Shown here piece after piece: positions 26,453 to 36,838 of a DNA stretch of 64,000 bases. The translations under genes and the position numbers were made by a program. The stretch covers positions 960,001 to 1,024,000 of the forward strand of contig CBDBHB010000008.1 of NCBI GenBank assembly GCA_965205505.1, read 5' to 3'. This stretch comes from Acidobacteriota bacterium. Its GTDB lineage: Bacteria; Acidobacteriota; UBA890; WLXD01. Position 1 is the first letter of the stretch; each line of letters opens with the position of its first letter. A model generated the notes under the pieces. It saw only the letters and a program-made list of their open reading frames with translations. It did not search any database and had not been told where the DNA came from.

Positions 26453-27883
26453 TCAGCGGATGAGCCGTATTCCGGGGTCCGGCGGATAAGGGAACTCGAC
26501 GCCGTCTTCCGTCACTACCGCACCGTCATGGAAGGCGATGTAAATGTGCTTGCCCCTCCCCCACGCAGGTACTGGCATGTGGATCATGTACTCGAACGTG
26601 AAGGTGTGCAGCACCGGGATCGTCATCTCGCGTTCCCAGTCGGAGCCGAGCGGAGAAATCCTCGGAGCAACCAAGCCGCTTCGTCCCACGGCGTGCACAT
26701 CCAGATGCACCTGCGTCTTGTGAGGGTCGGCCGTCGAGTCGTATTGGTCGACCGGATTGTAGTGGTAGCCCGCCTCTTCGATCTTCCGGATCAGCAGGTC
26801 GAGGGTCTCCCCTGCCGTGCGCCCGGCAACGATGTTGTCGAGTAGCATCTGGCGGGTCTCGAGCGCAACTCGCCAGATCTCTTCGATCTCCGGCGGTGCT
26901 TCCGTCTCGCCCTCGCGCAGCAAGTAGGCGTTGCCCCCGAGGTCCGACGAGAAGATCCGGTTGCCGGCGCCGTGAAGAATCGTGAAGACGTCGCCCGGCT
27001 GCAGGACATAAGGCTGCGGATCTCCAGTGTGGAACTCGACGCCGTCAGGATCGCGGCGGAAAACGTTGCCCTCCAGGTCGCGGAGCTCGGTTACTCCCGG
27101 CACGACTTTGCCGAACTCGCGGTCGAGGTTGTCGGCAGCGATCAACCCGAACTGGCGATAAAGCTCGATCTCCTCGGCAACGCGACCCGCCAGGTAGTCG
27201 ATGATCAGGTGCTCGGCGGAGACCACGCGCCCGGCGTAGGTGTCGCCTAGCGCCTGCATCAAAAGGCCGTAGTCGGTGTGGGAGAGCCCGTCGGTCAGCG
27301 GGGCACGTTCCGACGCGGCCGAAAGCCCCAAATCCTCCGAGTAGTTGACGCCGATGCGGCGTGGGTCGCGTTCGGCCACGAATTCCCCCACACGGTCGAA
27401 GCGAAATTCCAGATGGTCGGTCTCATCGCCGCCGGGCTGCTCGGTGATCACACCGTCGACGAAGGTGGGCAGCTCCACGAGCGGCCGAGCGATGACGTCA
27501 TAGGCGTCTGCGTCGTCGACGTGTCCGGCGAACAGGGCCCGCTCTATTCGATCGGCTCCGCGGTCGGTGAAGACGAAGATCCCCGCGTCGCTCCCGAGCT
27601 CGAAGCTCAGCGGGTCGGGTGCCCACGGCCGCATGACATGAATCCACATGTCGATCTCGTTTTCCCGCATGATGCGCGGCAGAACCTGATCGAACTTGCT
27701 GTGGCGCACCTGGTTCTCAAGCGCCACCGAATCATCGGGCAGCACGGTGGAGGGATTCACCGTTTCGGGGTTCTGCGCCCTTGGCGGCGCAACCAGACCC
27801 ATCACACTTTCACCACGGCCTGCCAGCAGTGCCAAGAGAACGAAACAGCAAGCGGTGAGCTTCGAGAGTACGCCCATGGACAT
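26453..27883 (-). CDS. Exported M24-family protein with an element-derived segment in the signal peptide
   Basis: MRENEIDMWI, DPRRIGVN, DGLSHTD, RVVSAE, DVHAVG, TFEY; N-terminus contains LLAGRGESVMGLV. Confidence 0.87.
   Translation of the reverse strand: MSMGVLSKLTACCFVLLALLAGRGESVMGLVAPPRAQNPETVNPSTVLPDDSVALENQVRHSKFDQVLPRIMRENEIDMWIHVMRPWAPDPLSFELGSDAGIFVFTDRGADRIERALFAGHVDDADAYDVIARPLVELPTFVDGVITEQPGGDETDHLEFRFDRVGEFVAERDPRRIGVNYSEDLGLSAASERAPLTDGLSHTDYGLLMQALGDTYAGRVVSAEHLIIDYLAGRVAEEIELYRQFGLIAADNLDREFGKVVPGVTELRDLEGNVFRRDPDGVEFHTGDPQPYVLQPGDVFTILHGAGNRIFSSDLGGNAYLLREGETEAPPEIEEIWRVALETRQMLLDNIVAGRTAGETLDLLIRKIEEAGYHYNPVDQYDSTADPHKTQVHLDVHAVGRSGLVAPRISPLGSDWEREMTIPVLHTFTFEYMIHMPVPAWGRGKHIYIAFHDGAVVTEDGVEFPYPPDPGIRLIR
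27760..27826 (-). repeat. Type-A TIR and collapsed hairpin read in frame in the M24 gene
   Basis: CTGG (27823-27826) + TIR 27793-27822 (29/30), then GGTTGCGCC..GGCGCAGAACC and CCGAAACGG. Confidence 0.85.
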
Positions 27884-28367
27884 GCACGGTATCAGTGCGG
27901 ATCAGGGGCCGTCAGCAAGGACGGGGCGGGGCCGCGGCCGACAGGGTAGGCTTCGGCTGCCGCCGGCGGAGAGAGCGATTCGCTCATGCCGCCCATAGCG
28001 CCGATCCCGGCCGCTGAGCATACGGAGAGTGACGATGCAGCGTTGTGGCGCGGCACGGCAGCATCGTCTTCCACGACGCCGTCGGCACCCCGACCTCCGC
28101 GTGCTCGACGGCGGACCTCGCTGTGGTCTCCATGATCCAGTTAATGGGGTCGCCCTACCCGCTGCGTCGAGAGCTGCAGGCGCTGACCTACGGTGCGCTC
28201 ACGGAGCTGAGTGACCGGTGACGAGGTGCCGGACGGCCCTTTCGTGATGTTCCGCGGTACGGATGAGCGCCAGCGCAGGCTGCCGGATCACGCGACAGCA
28301 CCTCTATGGTTATCCTGGGGTGCCCGCATGTCGACCCGATGCCGGTGTCGCTGGGAGGGAACCAGCA

Positions 28368-28952
28368 GTGGACTCGAAGACTCTCCAGGAACTCATGGAC
28401 GAAACCAAGAGCCCCGAGGAGCAGGCCGAGATCCGCCGAGACGCTGGACGGTGCCAATCTCGACTCGAACAGATCGACCCTGGCGACATCCCGGAGCCTG
28501 CTCGCGAGCTCTTGGTGCACCAGAACGACATGACATCGACGTTGCAGGGGTTCTTCAGAGACGAGATCCACCTCCGCATCTTGGATCGACATCGAACCTC
28601 GAAGGTCTATACGCGCGAGGTCGTGCTCTGCCTCGATCGCGATGATCGGCCGGTTGAGTACGGCACGATCGATGTCCACTACACGCTCCTTCCCAAAGCT
28701 GCGCAGGCAGACGTCGAACGAGAATATCGTCCGTTTGGCGCGATCCTGGAAGACTATCGGGTTACTTATCGGTGTCGCCCAGGACCCTATTTCCGAGTCC
28801 ACGCGGACGAGCGTGTGCACAAGGCTCTACGGCTGCAGCCGCGGCCGGTCCTGTATGGCCGACGAAACCGCTTGCTCACAGAAGATGGGGCCGTACTGGC
28901 AGACGTGCTGGAGGTCCTGCCACCGTTGACCGGGCGGGATCGCGGCGCGTAA
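28368..28952 (+). CDS. Chorismate lyase/UTRA-fold-like protein
   Basis: LLVHQNDMTSTL, YTREVVL..PVEYGTI, PFGAIL, LYGRRNRL, DVLEVLPP; GGGAGG RBS before GTG. Confidence 0.65.
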   Translation: MDSKTLQELMDETKSPEEQAEIRRDAGRCQSRLEQIDPGDIPEPARELLVHQNDMTSTLQGFFRDEIHLRILDRHRTSKVYTREVVLCLDRDDRPVEYGTIDVHYTLLPKAAQADVEREYRPFGAILEDYRVTYRCRPGPYFRVHADERVHKALRLQPRPVLYGRRNRLLTEDGAVLADVLEVLPPLTGRDRGA

Positions 28953-29100
28953 GCGGGCGCCCCGTGGGCCGCCGCTCTGGGCGATCCGCAGACGATCATC
29001 GTCGGCGTAAGTGCGCTCGAAGGTGGTGAAGTCGACTACAGGGAACAGCGGAAAGCAGCCGTTCGGTAGCAGGAAGAAGTACGCCCCGGTTAACGGCGCG

Positions 29101-31480
29101 TTATTGGAGGTAGCCGAGAGCACGGAGCCGACTGGCGAGCTCGGCGTCGATCACCGCGTCCTCAGACTCGAGAAGGCTCTGCTGCGAGGAGGCCCTGGCG
29201 TGCATGACGAGTTGGAGATATCCGGCCAATGCGGGTGACTGACCGGAAACCTCGACCTGCTCCCTCGGGTCGGTGCGCCAACGAAACATGCGCGCCGTTT
29301 GATCCACGCCCGGCGCGCCCGGGTACCGTTCGATGAGATGGTGGCTACCCGTTAGCAGGCTGTCGACTCGGTGTCGGTCGAGCTCGATGTATGCCACCAG
29401 GCGTCGCGTCGCGAAGCGCTCGTCCTCGGTACCTTCTTGTGCGGTCGAGATCACCGGCAACAGGCTGTCGCCAGCGGACCCTGGCGGAGGCGGCACGCCG
29501 ACCAGGTCTAGGATCGTCGGCAGAATATCGACGTGTTGGACGGGTGCGTCGACGCGGGTGCCGGCAGCCCAGCCACCGGGGAACTTGATGACCAGTGGGA
29601 CGAAGATGAGCTCGGAGTAGAGCGTCTGGCCGTGCTCGAATGATCCGTGCTCGAAGAACTCCTCACCGTGGTCGGAAACGAACAGGATCAAGGTCGAATC
29701 GTAGATACCCAATTCGCGCAGGTGATCGAGCAACCGCCCGAACTGCGCATCGTTGTGGGCTATCTCGGCGTCGTACAGATCCACTAAGGCAGCCACCGCA
29801 TCCGTCATCGAGAGGTCGGGCATCTGTTCGAAGGCCTCTACGATCAGGTTCGGGTCCGGGAGATATGGCATCCGCGAATCAAGACGAAAGCGTGAGAGAT
29901 ACGGCTCGCTCGGCGTATACGGCTTGTGGGGGTCATCAGCGTGCAAATAGGCGAAGAACGGCTTGTCCGTTTGGCGTTGCGAGAGCCACTCGAAGAAGGC
30001 GTCGTCGACTCGACCCGACAGCTGGGCGGAAACGAGCGGCTGCGAAGGTGCCCAGTCCGGGACGTAGACGAAGCTGTCGAAGCCGTTTTCGAAACCGAAT
30101 GGGGTCGAGACGTTGCCGTTGGTGACTACAGCGTGGGTCTGATAGCCCCGCTTTTTAAGCAGCCCGGGTAACGTGACCGCTTCGACTGAAAGGGCGTCCA
30201 AGCGACCGAGCACGTCGTGCACGCGCGGCTGAAGACCGGTGAGGATCGACGCCACCGAAGTGCGCGTCCATCCCGACTGCGCCATGGCGTGGTCGAAGAC
30301 GACGCTCTCCAGGCTCATCGCGTCCAGGGAGGGGCTCGTTGGACGCCCGTAACCGTACGTTCCGAGGTGGTCGGCGCGCAGCGTATCCACCAAATAGATA
30401 ATGACGTTGGGTGGCCGCTCGGCCGGCAGGCTTGCCCGCAGCGCGGCCCCGAGGCCGGCCGGCAAACTTTTCGCTACATCCTCAGTCGGGCTGAGAACTT
30501 CGCTGGCCGGCTGGACGACATCCCCAACCTCTGCCCCGTTCGGCTTCGGCGACCCGATACCGGCCGGGGCGGTGAGCGCGGGTTGAAGGATACGAAGTCC
30601 GGAGGCGCGTTCCGGCGTCCCAGGGGCCGGCAGGGCGAGGAAGGACACACGCGCCACGCCGTGGCTATCCAGCGCCGCGCTGAACGGCGCCGCCAGGTCC
30701 GTGCCGGTCAATACGGCAACTCGTGTTGGCGTCGAGCTACCCTCGTAGAAGACGTCGGCGTGCAGCGTGGGCGCGGCCTGTCTGGGAGCGACGCCCCAGG
30801 GCACCACCCGCTCCCAACGCAGCTTCGCACCTGCTTTGACGTCGACGAAGTAGTCGACTCGAGTGTGGAACGGAATCTCGAGCGCTTGGCTGTCAGCGCG
30901 AACCGACCCAAAGGCGAACTCGGAGCCGATGCGAATCCGCTGCCAAGCAACCGCCGGCGACCGCCGGACCGAGTCTCCCGCCCACGGCACCTCATTGCCG
31001 CGATTGCCGTAGCGGAGGACGAGCTCGTTTCGCCCCACACGCAATCGTCGGCGAGGCACACGAACGTGATAGTCATGAAAGCCGCTGAGGAGCGTGACCG
31101 TTGACCACCACCTCGACTCGAGGTTCGGCATCTGCCATTGCTCTCGAGGGTCTGCCCCTGAATCTGATCACCGTGCTGCGCGGATCGAAGGTGTAGAAGT
31201 TCAGGGTCGACTCGGGCCACAGGCCCCAGGCGAACGCCCAATCGGCCGCCCAGTTCTCGTCGTAGCTCCAGCCCCGGATCAGGTGACGGCGGGCTGATGC
31301 GAGGCCCACATTGACGATCCGAGTCTCCGGATGGACGATGGCGAAATCGAGGTTGGCAGCAAAGTCGAACACGACGGGATCGGGGGTGCCGCAGGCAACC
31401 GTGGTCAGCAGCGCCGTCGTCAACAGCGCCATCGAGGGCACGCGGAGCCGGCGCCTGCTCACGGTCGTGTGAAGGCTCAT
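29101..31480 (-). pseudogene. Lipoprotein sulfatase-like protein, frameshifted near 31100
   Basis: N-terminal ORF 31073..31480 (lipobox VAC) continues in ORF 29101..31131 (PNVIIYLVDTLRADHL, SDHGEEF, HVDILPT, LRALGYL). Active-site motif is non-canonical WTRTS. Confidence 0.8.
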
Positions 31481-31569
31481 TCCTCGTCCTCGAGGCCCGA
31501 CGGAGCGACCGCAGAGACCCTCACCAGGCCGCGGATCCCGTAGCGGTCCAGTCGAGTGCCGGGTTCCAT
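31477..31569 (-). pseudogene. 30-aa mini-ORF beginning like a Ser/Thr kinase N-terminus
   Basis: MEPGTRLDRYGIRGLV.. (compare MxPGTRLGxYEI); its TGA overlaps the ATG of the sulfatase. Confidence 0.5.
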
Positions 31570-31669
31570 GGTGTTACCAGAGGGGGGCGTGCGTGGGAGC
31601 GTGAAGTGTATCGCCCGAACATGCGGGAGCCAACGCAGAATCGGGTGCGCTGAAGGTAACCACGGCCTG

Positions 31670-32986
31670 CTATCGCATCCACACCTGGGCGCTCGACGTA
31701 TCGGGCATGCCCCAATCGGCGCCATTCCAGCCGTCGAAGCCTTCCATACGGAATGCCCAAAAACCTGTGGTGAAATCACTGATCACGATGAGACCGTCCT
31801 CGTTGCGCACGTCGACGCCCCAGGCACCGTTGAACATCGCAGCCGTGCCGCCACCAGAGTTTGGCGGCCCGAGATAGGTGTCGTAGTAGGCGACCGTCAC
31901 CGGCTTCGTCGGATCCATCATGCTGAACACCTGCAGCCCGTCCAGGAGGCCGGAAACGAACACATAGGGCCAGCGCACCTCGTGGTTGTGCACCAGGTGT
32001 CGCCAGTCGGCCGTCCACGCGCCAACGGGTGTACGGATGTTCTGCACCTCGCCATCGAGGGCTGGCTGCAGGTCGAAGATACGCAGCGGGGCGTAGCGGT
32101 ATTCGGTCTCGGCGATCGCGTAGCGACCGTCCGGTGTGGGCGTGAACGTGTGGCCGTACTCCACTCCCTGGATACCGGTCAGCGAGAACAGCATCTCGGG
32201 CGCCTCCAGGTTGGTGACGTCATAGACGTAGTATCCGTCGGTGCCGCCACCGTAAAAGCGGTCGGTCTGCGTGTCCTCGTGCCAGCCGACGTAAAAGTCG
32301 TGATAGCCACGGTAGCCACGATCACCTCCCGAGCCCGTTCCGACGGGTACGTTCGCCACACGCGCGTCGTCCATGTGTCCGGTAATCACGTGCACCAGGT
32401 CATAGACGTTGGCACCGGGTCCCGCCAGGGTCGTGAACAGCAACGGGCGGCCGTTGCTGTGCGCGTAGATGTAGATGTTGTGAAAGCCGCCTACCATCTC
32501 CGGCTCGCTGATGCGTGCCACCTCAACGATTTTCTCAGGCAGGCCGGTGACATCGAAGATGATGGCGCCGAGATCCGCGTCCGGTCCACCCTGCGCGAAC
32601 TGCACCGATAGCACGACGTAGTAACGACCCTCCCACATGAAGTACTTGATGTCCTTGCCACCGGCACCGGCATGCAAGTCCTGGTCCTCGATACGCCACT
32701 CGTGAATACGTTTCGGGTTGGAGGGATCGGTGAGATCGATCACGTCCATTCCCTTCTCGCCGAACTCGCCGAATACCTCACGCGCCACGTACGCGTAGGG
32801 GCGCGAGAGCTCCTGTTCAATCTCGATATCGGCAACGCTGAGCGGCGCGCCCAGCGGCAGGTGGGCCACCACCTCGATGTTGTCGCTACCGGGTTTGTCA
32901 GGGGTCCACTGCTGTTCGACCGCGCCGGCCGAGGTCGCGGCAATGAAGAAGCTGGTGGCAGCAAGAGCGGTCAATCGACGTGACAT
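31670..32986 (-). CDS. LVIVD-repeat exported protein
   Basis: Signal peptide; IEQELSRPYAYV, GFHNIY, YHDFYV, HTFTPTPDGRY, HNHEVRWPY, GAWGVD; GGAGG RBS. Confidence 0.8.
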   Translation of the reverse strand: MSRRLTALAATSFFIAATSAGAVEQQWTPDKPGSDNIEVVAHLPLGAPLSVADIEIEQELSRPYAYVAREVFGEFGEKGMDVIDLTDPSNPKRIHEWRIEDQDLHAGAGGKDIKYFMWEGRYYVVLSVQFAQGGPDADLGAIIFDVTGLPEKIVEVARISEPEMVGGFHNIYIYAHSNGRPLLFTTLAGPGANVYDLVHVITGHMDDARVANVPVGTGSGGDRGYRGYHDFYVGWHEDTQTDRFYGGGTDGYYVYDVTNLEAPEMLFSLTGIQGVEYGHTFTPTPDGRYAIAETEYRYAPLRIFDLQPALDGEVQNIRTPVGAWTADWRHLVHNHEVRWPYVFVSGLLDGLQVFSMMDPTKPVTVAYYDTYLGPPNSGGGTAAMFNGAWGVDVRNEDGLIVISDFTTGFWAFRMEGFDGWNGADWGMPDTSSAQVWMR

Positions 32987-34121
32987 GCTGAACCTCCACT
33001 GTGTTCGAGATACTACTGAGGAACTGGGAGAATCGATGATGCGCGTCTGTCGACTCCGACGACCCCGCTGGCGAGGCCGGGTGCCTTCCAAGGTCGCGTC
33101 GAGTCAACGTTGACTCGAGTAGTCGCAGCAACCGGTCGGCATCGACCGCGACGGCTACGGCGACGGCCGGCGCATCGTGCCAGGGCTTCCACTCCTCTGG
33201 AGCGTCGAGCGGTGCCGTGATCGTCTGCCCCCTGGCGATTCCCTCAGTCGCCACGCGGACGCGCGCATCCTGCGTCGAGAAGATGTCCGGATCAATGAGA
33301 TACGCCACCGCCGAGGGATCGTGCACGTAGAAGCCGCCCGTCACGCCGATCGACTCATAGAACTGCTTGTAGAAGCGGGTTATGCGGTAGATAAAGGCGC
33401 CGATATCGTTGCTGTGTGCCAGGCGCTCGAGGACGCTCTCGGTAAGCCGTACCTGCGTCGTCACGTCGAGGCCGACCATCGTGACTTTCCACGATGCGGC
33501 CAGCACGATGTCGGCGGCGTGCGGGTCACCCGCGATGTTCGCCTCGGCGACCGGCGAAACGTTGCCGGGCACTGGGGCAGCACCGCCCATCAGCACGACC
33601 TGCTTGACCAGGCTTGGAAGCGCCGGCTCGATCGCCAAGGCGACGGCGAGGTTGGTCAGCCGACCCAGGGCAAGGAGCGTCACCTCGCCCGGGTTGCTAC
33701 GTACGGTCTCGACGATGAAGCGGGCGGCGCCCACATCGATCGGTGCGGTCGTCGGTGGCGGCGTATCGATGTTGCCGATGCCGTCGGAGCCATGGACAAA
33801 GTCGGGCGGCGAGGGCGTCTCGCCTATCCACGGGCTAGAGGCACCGCGGGCCACCGAAACGCGACGGCCGGCGAGCTCCACCAAGCGCAGCGCGTTCAGC
33901 GTCGCCCGCTCGATGTCGGCGTTGCCGAACACCGTCGTGATGCCGAGAACGTCGAGCGCCGGCGAGCGCAATGCAAAGAGAATGGCGATCGAATCGTCGA
34001 TCCCCGGGTCCGCATCGATGATCACTTTCTGCGCTTGGCGCTCGGCCGGCGCTACGTCCGCCGCGCCCGGAGCCACCGAGATCATCAGGAGGCCTATCAG
34101 AAGCGCGAGGTAACTGCTCAT
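32898..34121 (-). CDS. Nucleoside hydrolase (IUNH) with signal peptide; stop lost, reading about 65 codons into the downstream region
   Basis: IIDADPGIDD, FGN, HGSDG, AEANI..DPHAA, GLDVT, HDP. Homology appears to end near 33100. Confidence 0.88.
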   Translation of the reverse strand: MSSYLALLIGLLMISVAPGAADVAPAERQAQKVIIDADPGIDDSIAILFALRSPALDVLGITTVFGNADIERATLNALRLVELAGRRVSVARGASSPWIGETPSPPDFVHGSDGIGNIDTPPPTTAPIDVGAARFIVETVRSNPGEVTLLALGRLTNLAVALAIEPALPSLVKQVVLMGGAAPVPGNVSPVAEANIAGDPHAADIVLAASWKVTMVGLDVTTQVRLTESVLERLAHSNDIGAFIYRITRFYKQFYESIGVTGGFYVHDPSAVAYLIDPDIFSTQDARVRVATEGIARGQTITAPLDAPEEWKPWHDAPAVAVAVAVDADRLLRLLESTLTRRDLGRHPASPAGSSESTDAHHRFSQFLSSISNTVEVQHVTSIDRSCCHQLLHCRDLGRRGRTAVDP

Positions 34122-34155
34122 GGTCCGTCGCCTCGTCAGACTCAGCGCCTGGCCG

Positions 34156-35880
34156 TCATTGCCGTGCGTACTCGAGCTCGCCGTCGATAAAGGTCATGTC
34201 GACGGCGATTTCCTTGATGGTTGCAGGGGGCACGCTCGTCGGATCCGCTGAGAGGACTACGAAATCCGCCAGCTTTCCGCTCTCGATCGACCCCTTGATC
34301 TCTTCGTCGAAGGTCGAGTAGGCGCCCCCAAGGGTCCAAACACGAATGGCGTCTTCGACGCTGATCTTCTGCTCCGCACCATAGACCTTTCCCTGAGCAC
34401 TGGCTCGCGTAACCATGCTCTGGATTCGGAGCATCGGATCCGCCGCACTCACGCCGTAGTCGGAGTTTCCGGCCACCGGAATGCCGAGCTCTAAGGCTGA
34501 TCGATTGGCATGCATCATCTTCCAGCGTGTCGCGCCGTAGGCCTCCATCTTGTCGCCGTGCTCGTACACGTAGGAATGCAAAGCCAGGACGACGCCGAGC
34601 TCCTTGACCCTCCTGAGAATGGTGGGATTGACGATGCTCGCGTGCTCGATGCGGTGTCGATGATTCCTGCGCGGCCGACGATTCAAAGCTCGCTCGAGCG
34701 CGTCGAGAACCATGTCGATCTCGCGGTCGCCGTTCGAGTGTACGGCAACCTGGAATCCGGCCTCGTGAATCTCGAGAATCATGGCGTCGAGATCCTCTTG
34801 AGATCTGGCCGGTGGGATGCCGTAGTAGTCGCGCTCGCCCGTTGCCGGATTGGTCATCTCGTAGGGCTCGTATAGCCAGCAGGTTCTCCCCGAGAGCGAG
34901 TTGCCATGGAAGCTCTTGATCGCGCCGATTCTCAGATGGTCGCTACCAAACCCTGTGCGCAGGCCGAGCGCTCGTAGCGCCGGCAGGTGGCGGAATTCGA
35001 ACATGATGCTCACCCTGACCGGTTGGCCTTGCTCGGCCGCGTCCTGGTAAACCTCGAAGGCCGCTGGACCGCTCCCTGCATCGACGACGCTGGTGATGCC
35101 CTTGCTCAGGAAGGCCTCGAAGGTCCGCAGCGTCCCCTGCGTCTGTTCGTCGCGTGTGGCCTCGGCCAACGGAGGACCGGCGCGCATGATGGGCTCGATG
35201 GCGTTTTCCCATACCACCCCCGTGGGGCGCCCTTCGTTGTCGCGCTCAAACCCCCCGCCAGGTGGGTCCGGTGTCGCGCTGTCGATGGAGGCCGTCTCCA
35301 GAGCCAGGGAATTGACCGCCGATACATGGCCACTGGAATGAGTGATGAAGATCGGATGAACCGTTGAGGCCTGATCCAGATCCCAGCGACTCGGGTGTCG
35401 GCCGAGCTTGGTGTCCTGGTATCGAGTGCCAATCACCCACTCGCCCTCTGGGGTGATGGAAGCCTTTCCCCTCAACGCAGCGACAACGTCCTGCATCGTT
35501 GGCACGTTGTCCGGACTCAGGTCGACCCTGCCCAAGCGCGACGTCACCGGATACGTCGGCCCCGGGTGCATGTGGGCGTCGACGTAACCGGGGACGAGGG
35601 TCTTGCCGCCAGCATCAATGATCTGTGTGTTTGGGCCGATCAGCGAACGTATCTCTACGTCGCTCCCCACCATCACGAATTTACCGTCTCGAATCGCTAG
35701 CGCTTCGGCCCTCGGATTCCTGTCGTCGACGGTAATGATTTTCGCCGAGATCACCACCAAGTCGGCGGTCAAGCGCTCTTGCGTCGCAACAGGAGAAGAC
35801 ACCGACAAGGCCCAAATGCCGACTGTCACAGCGGCGGCAACCGACCGTTGACTGAGGCGAACACCGGCCTGGACAGGCAT
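34156..35880 (-). CDS. YtcJ-like amidohydrolase (Amidohydro_3)
   Basis: PGYVDAHMH, GH..AVNS.AL, VHSNGD, HRIEHAS, GNSD, KGSIESGKLADFVVL. Confidence 0.92.
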   Translation of the reverse strand: MPVQAGVRLSQRSVAAAVTVGIWALSVSSPVATQERLTADLVVISAKIITVDDRNPRAEALAIRDGKFVMVGSDVEIRSLIGPNTQIIDAGGKTLVPGYVDAHMHPGPTYPVTSRLGRVDLSPDNVPTMQDVVAALRGKASITPEGEWVIGTRYQDTKLGRHPSRWDLDQASTVHPIFITHSSGHVSAVNSLALETASIDSATPDPPGGGFERDNEGRPTGVVWENAIEPIMRAGPPLAEATRDEQTQGTLRTFEAFLSKGITSVVDAGSGPAAFEVYQDAAEQGQPVRVSIMFEFRHLPALRALGLRTGFGSDHLRIGAIKSFHGNSLSGRTCWLYEPYEMTNPATGERDYYGIPPARSQEDLDAMILEIHEAGFQVAVHSNGDREIDMVLDALERALNRRPRRNHRHRIEHASIVNPTILRRVKELGVVLALHSYVYEHGDKMEAYGATRWKMMHANRSALELGIPVAGNSDYGVSAADPMLRIQSMVTRASAQGKVYGAEQKISVEDAIRVWTLGGAYSTFDEEIKGSIESGKLADFVVLSADPTSVPPATIKEIAVDMTFIDGELEYARQ

Positions 35881-35930
35881 CGGGCATCTCGTGGGTTTGC
35901 CGGGTGTCCGGCGAGGGCCGTAGTCGATGA

Positions 35931-36761
35931 TCAGGGTCTTGCGCCGCCAGCGAGACGAGCTTCGATCTTGTCCAAGACCGGAGCAACATCGGCGATTCCG
36001 TCCACCACATAGTGGGCGCCGGCCTGACTCATTCGGCGATACGCTTCAGACAGGCGTTCCGTGTAATCAGCCGGCTCGAGGGCGTCGATCTCCGCTTCGG
36101 TCAGCCCGATCTCGTTGCCGGTCTTGGCCAATCCTATTGTCCACATCCCGGCATTGAGACCTTCCGAAATGTCCGGCAGCGTGTCGCCGATCTTTACAAT
36201 TGCTTCCATAGGGTAGACCTGCAGATCGAGAGCGTTCTTGAGGCACATCCAGGGATGGGGCCGAGCAGCAGGCACGTCGGTCGCACAGACCGTGGCGTCT
36301 GGCTCGTAGCCGCGTCTCTTGGCCTCCAGCAGGAGCAAATCCATCATCTCGCCCGTATACCCAGTCGTTGACCCGATCTTCAGCCCACGGTCGCGAAAGG
36401 CCGCTACAGCATCGAGCGTGCCGGGTATCAGATCCGCGTAGTCGGCCAAGCAATCCAGCTGCAGCGGGATGAACTGCTGGAACATGGACTCGACGTCGTC
36501 GTCGCTTGGGGCGCTCCCGTGAGCCTCGCGCCACATCGACTCCACTTCTTCCATTCTCGAGATCGCATGGATGTGGACCTTCTTGTGAGCGCCCATAGGA
36601 ATCCGCGCTTGCCCGATCGTGATGGGCACTTTCATACGCTTGAAGACTTCGACGAAGACAACCGCCGGGGCATAGCATCCATAGTCTAAGGTCGTGCCAG
36701 CCCAATCCAGGATCACGGCTTTCAAGCGGCCTCGGTACGATCGTTTGAAGTAGAACTCCAT
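35931..36761 (-). CDS. phnX: Phosphonoacetaldehyde hydrolase
   Basis: DWAGTTLDYGCYAP, ARIPMGAHKKVH (Schiff-base Lys), GSTTGY, KIGDT..DISEGLNAGMW, GAHYV. Confidence 0.95.
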   Translation of the reverse strand: MEFYFKRSYRGRLKAVILDWAGTTLDYGCYAPAVVFVEVFKRMKVPITIGQARIPMGAHKKVHIHAISRMEEVESMWREAHGSAPSDDDVESMFQQFIPLQLDCLADYADLIPGTLDAVAAFRDRGLKIGSTTGYTGEMMDLLLLEAKRRGYEPDATVCATDVPAARPHPWMCLKNALDLQVYPMEAIVKIGDTLPDISEGLNAGMWTIGLAKTGNEIGLTEAEIDALEPADYTERLSEAYRRMSQAGAHYVVDGIADVAPVLDKIEARLAGGARP

Positions 36762-36838
36762 GAGGGCTCCCCCTTAAGACGGCGTCTCGATTTCACCTCA
36801 GCCAGGAATCGAAGGCCTCTGGTTGCGCGCGTCTGTGC

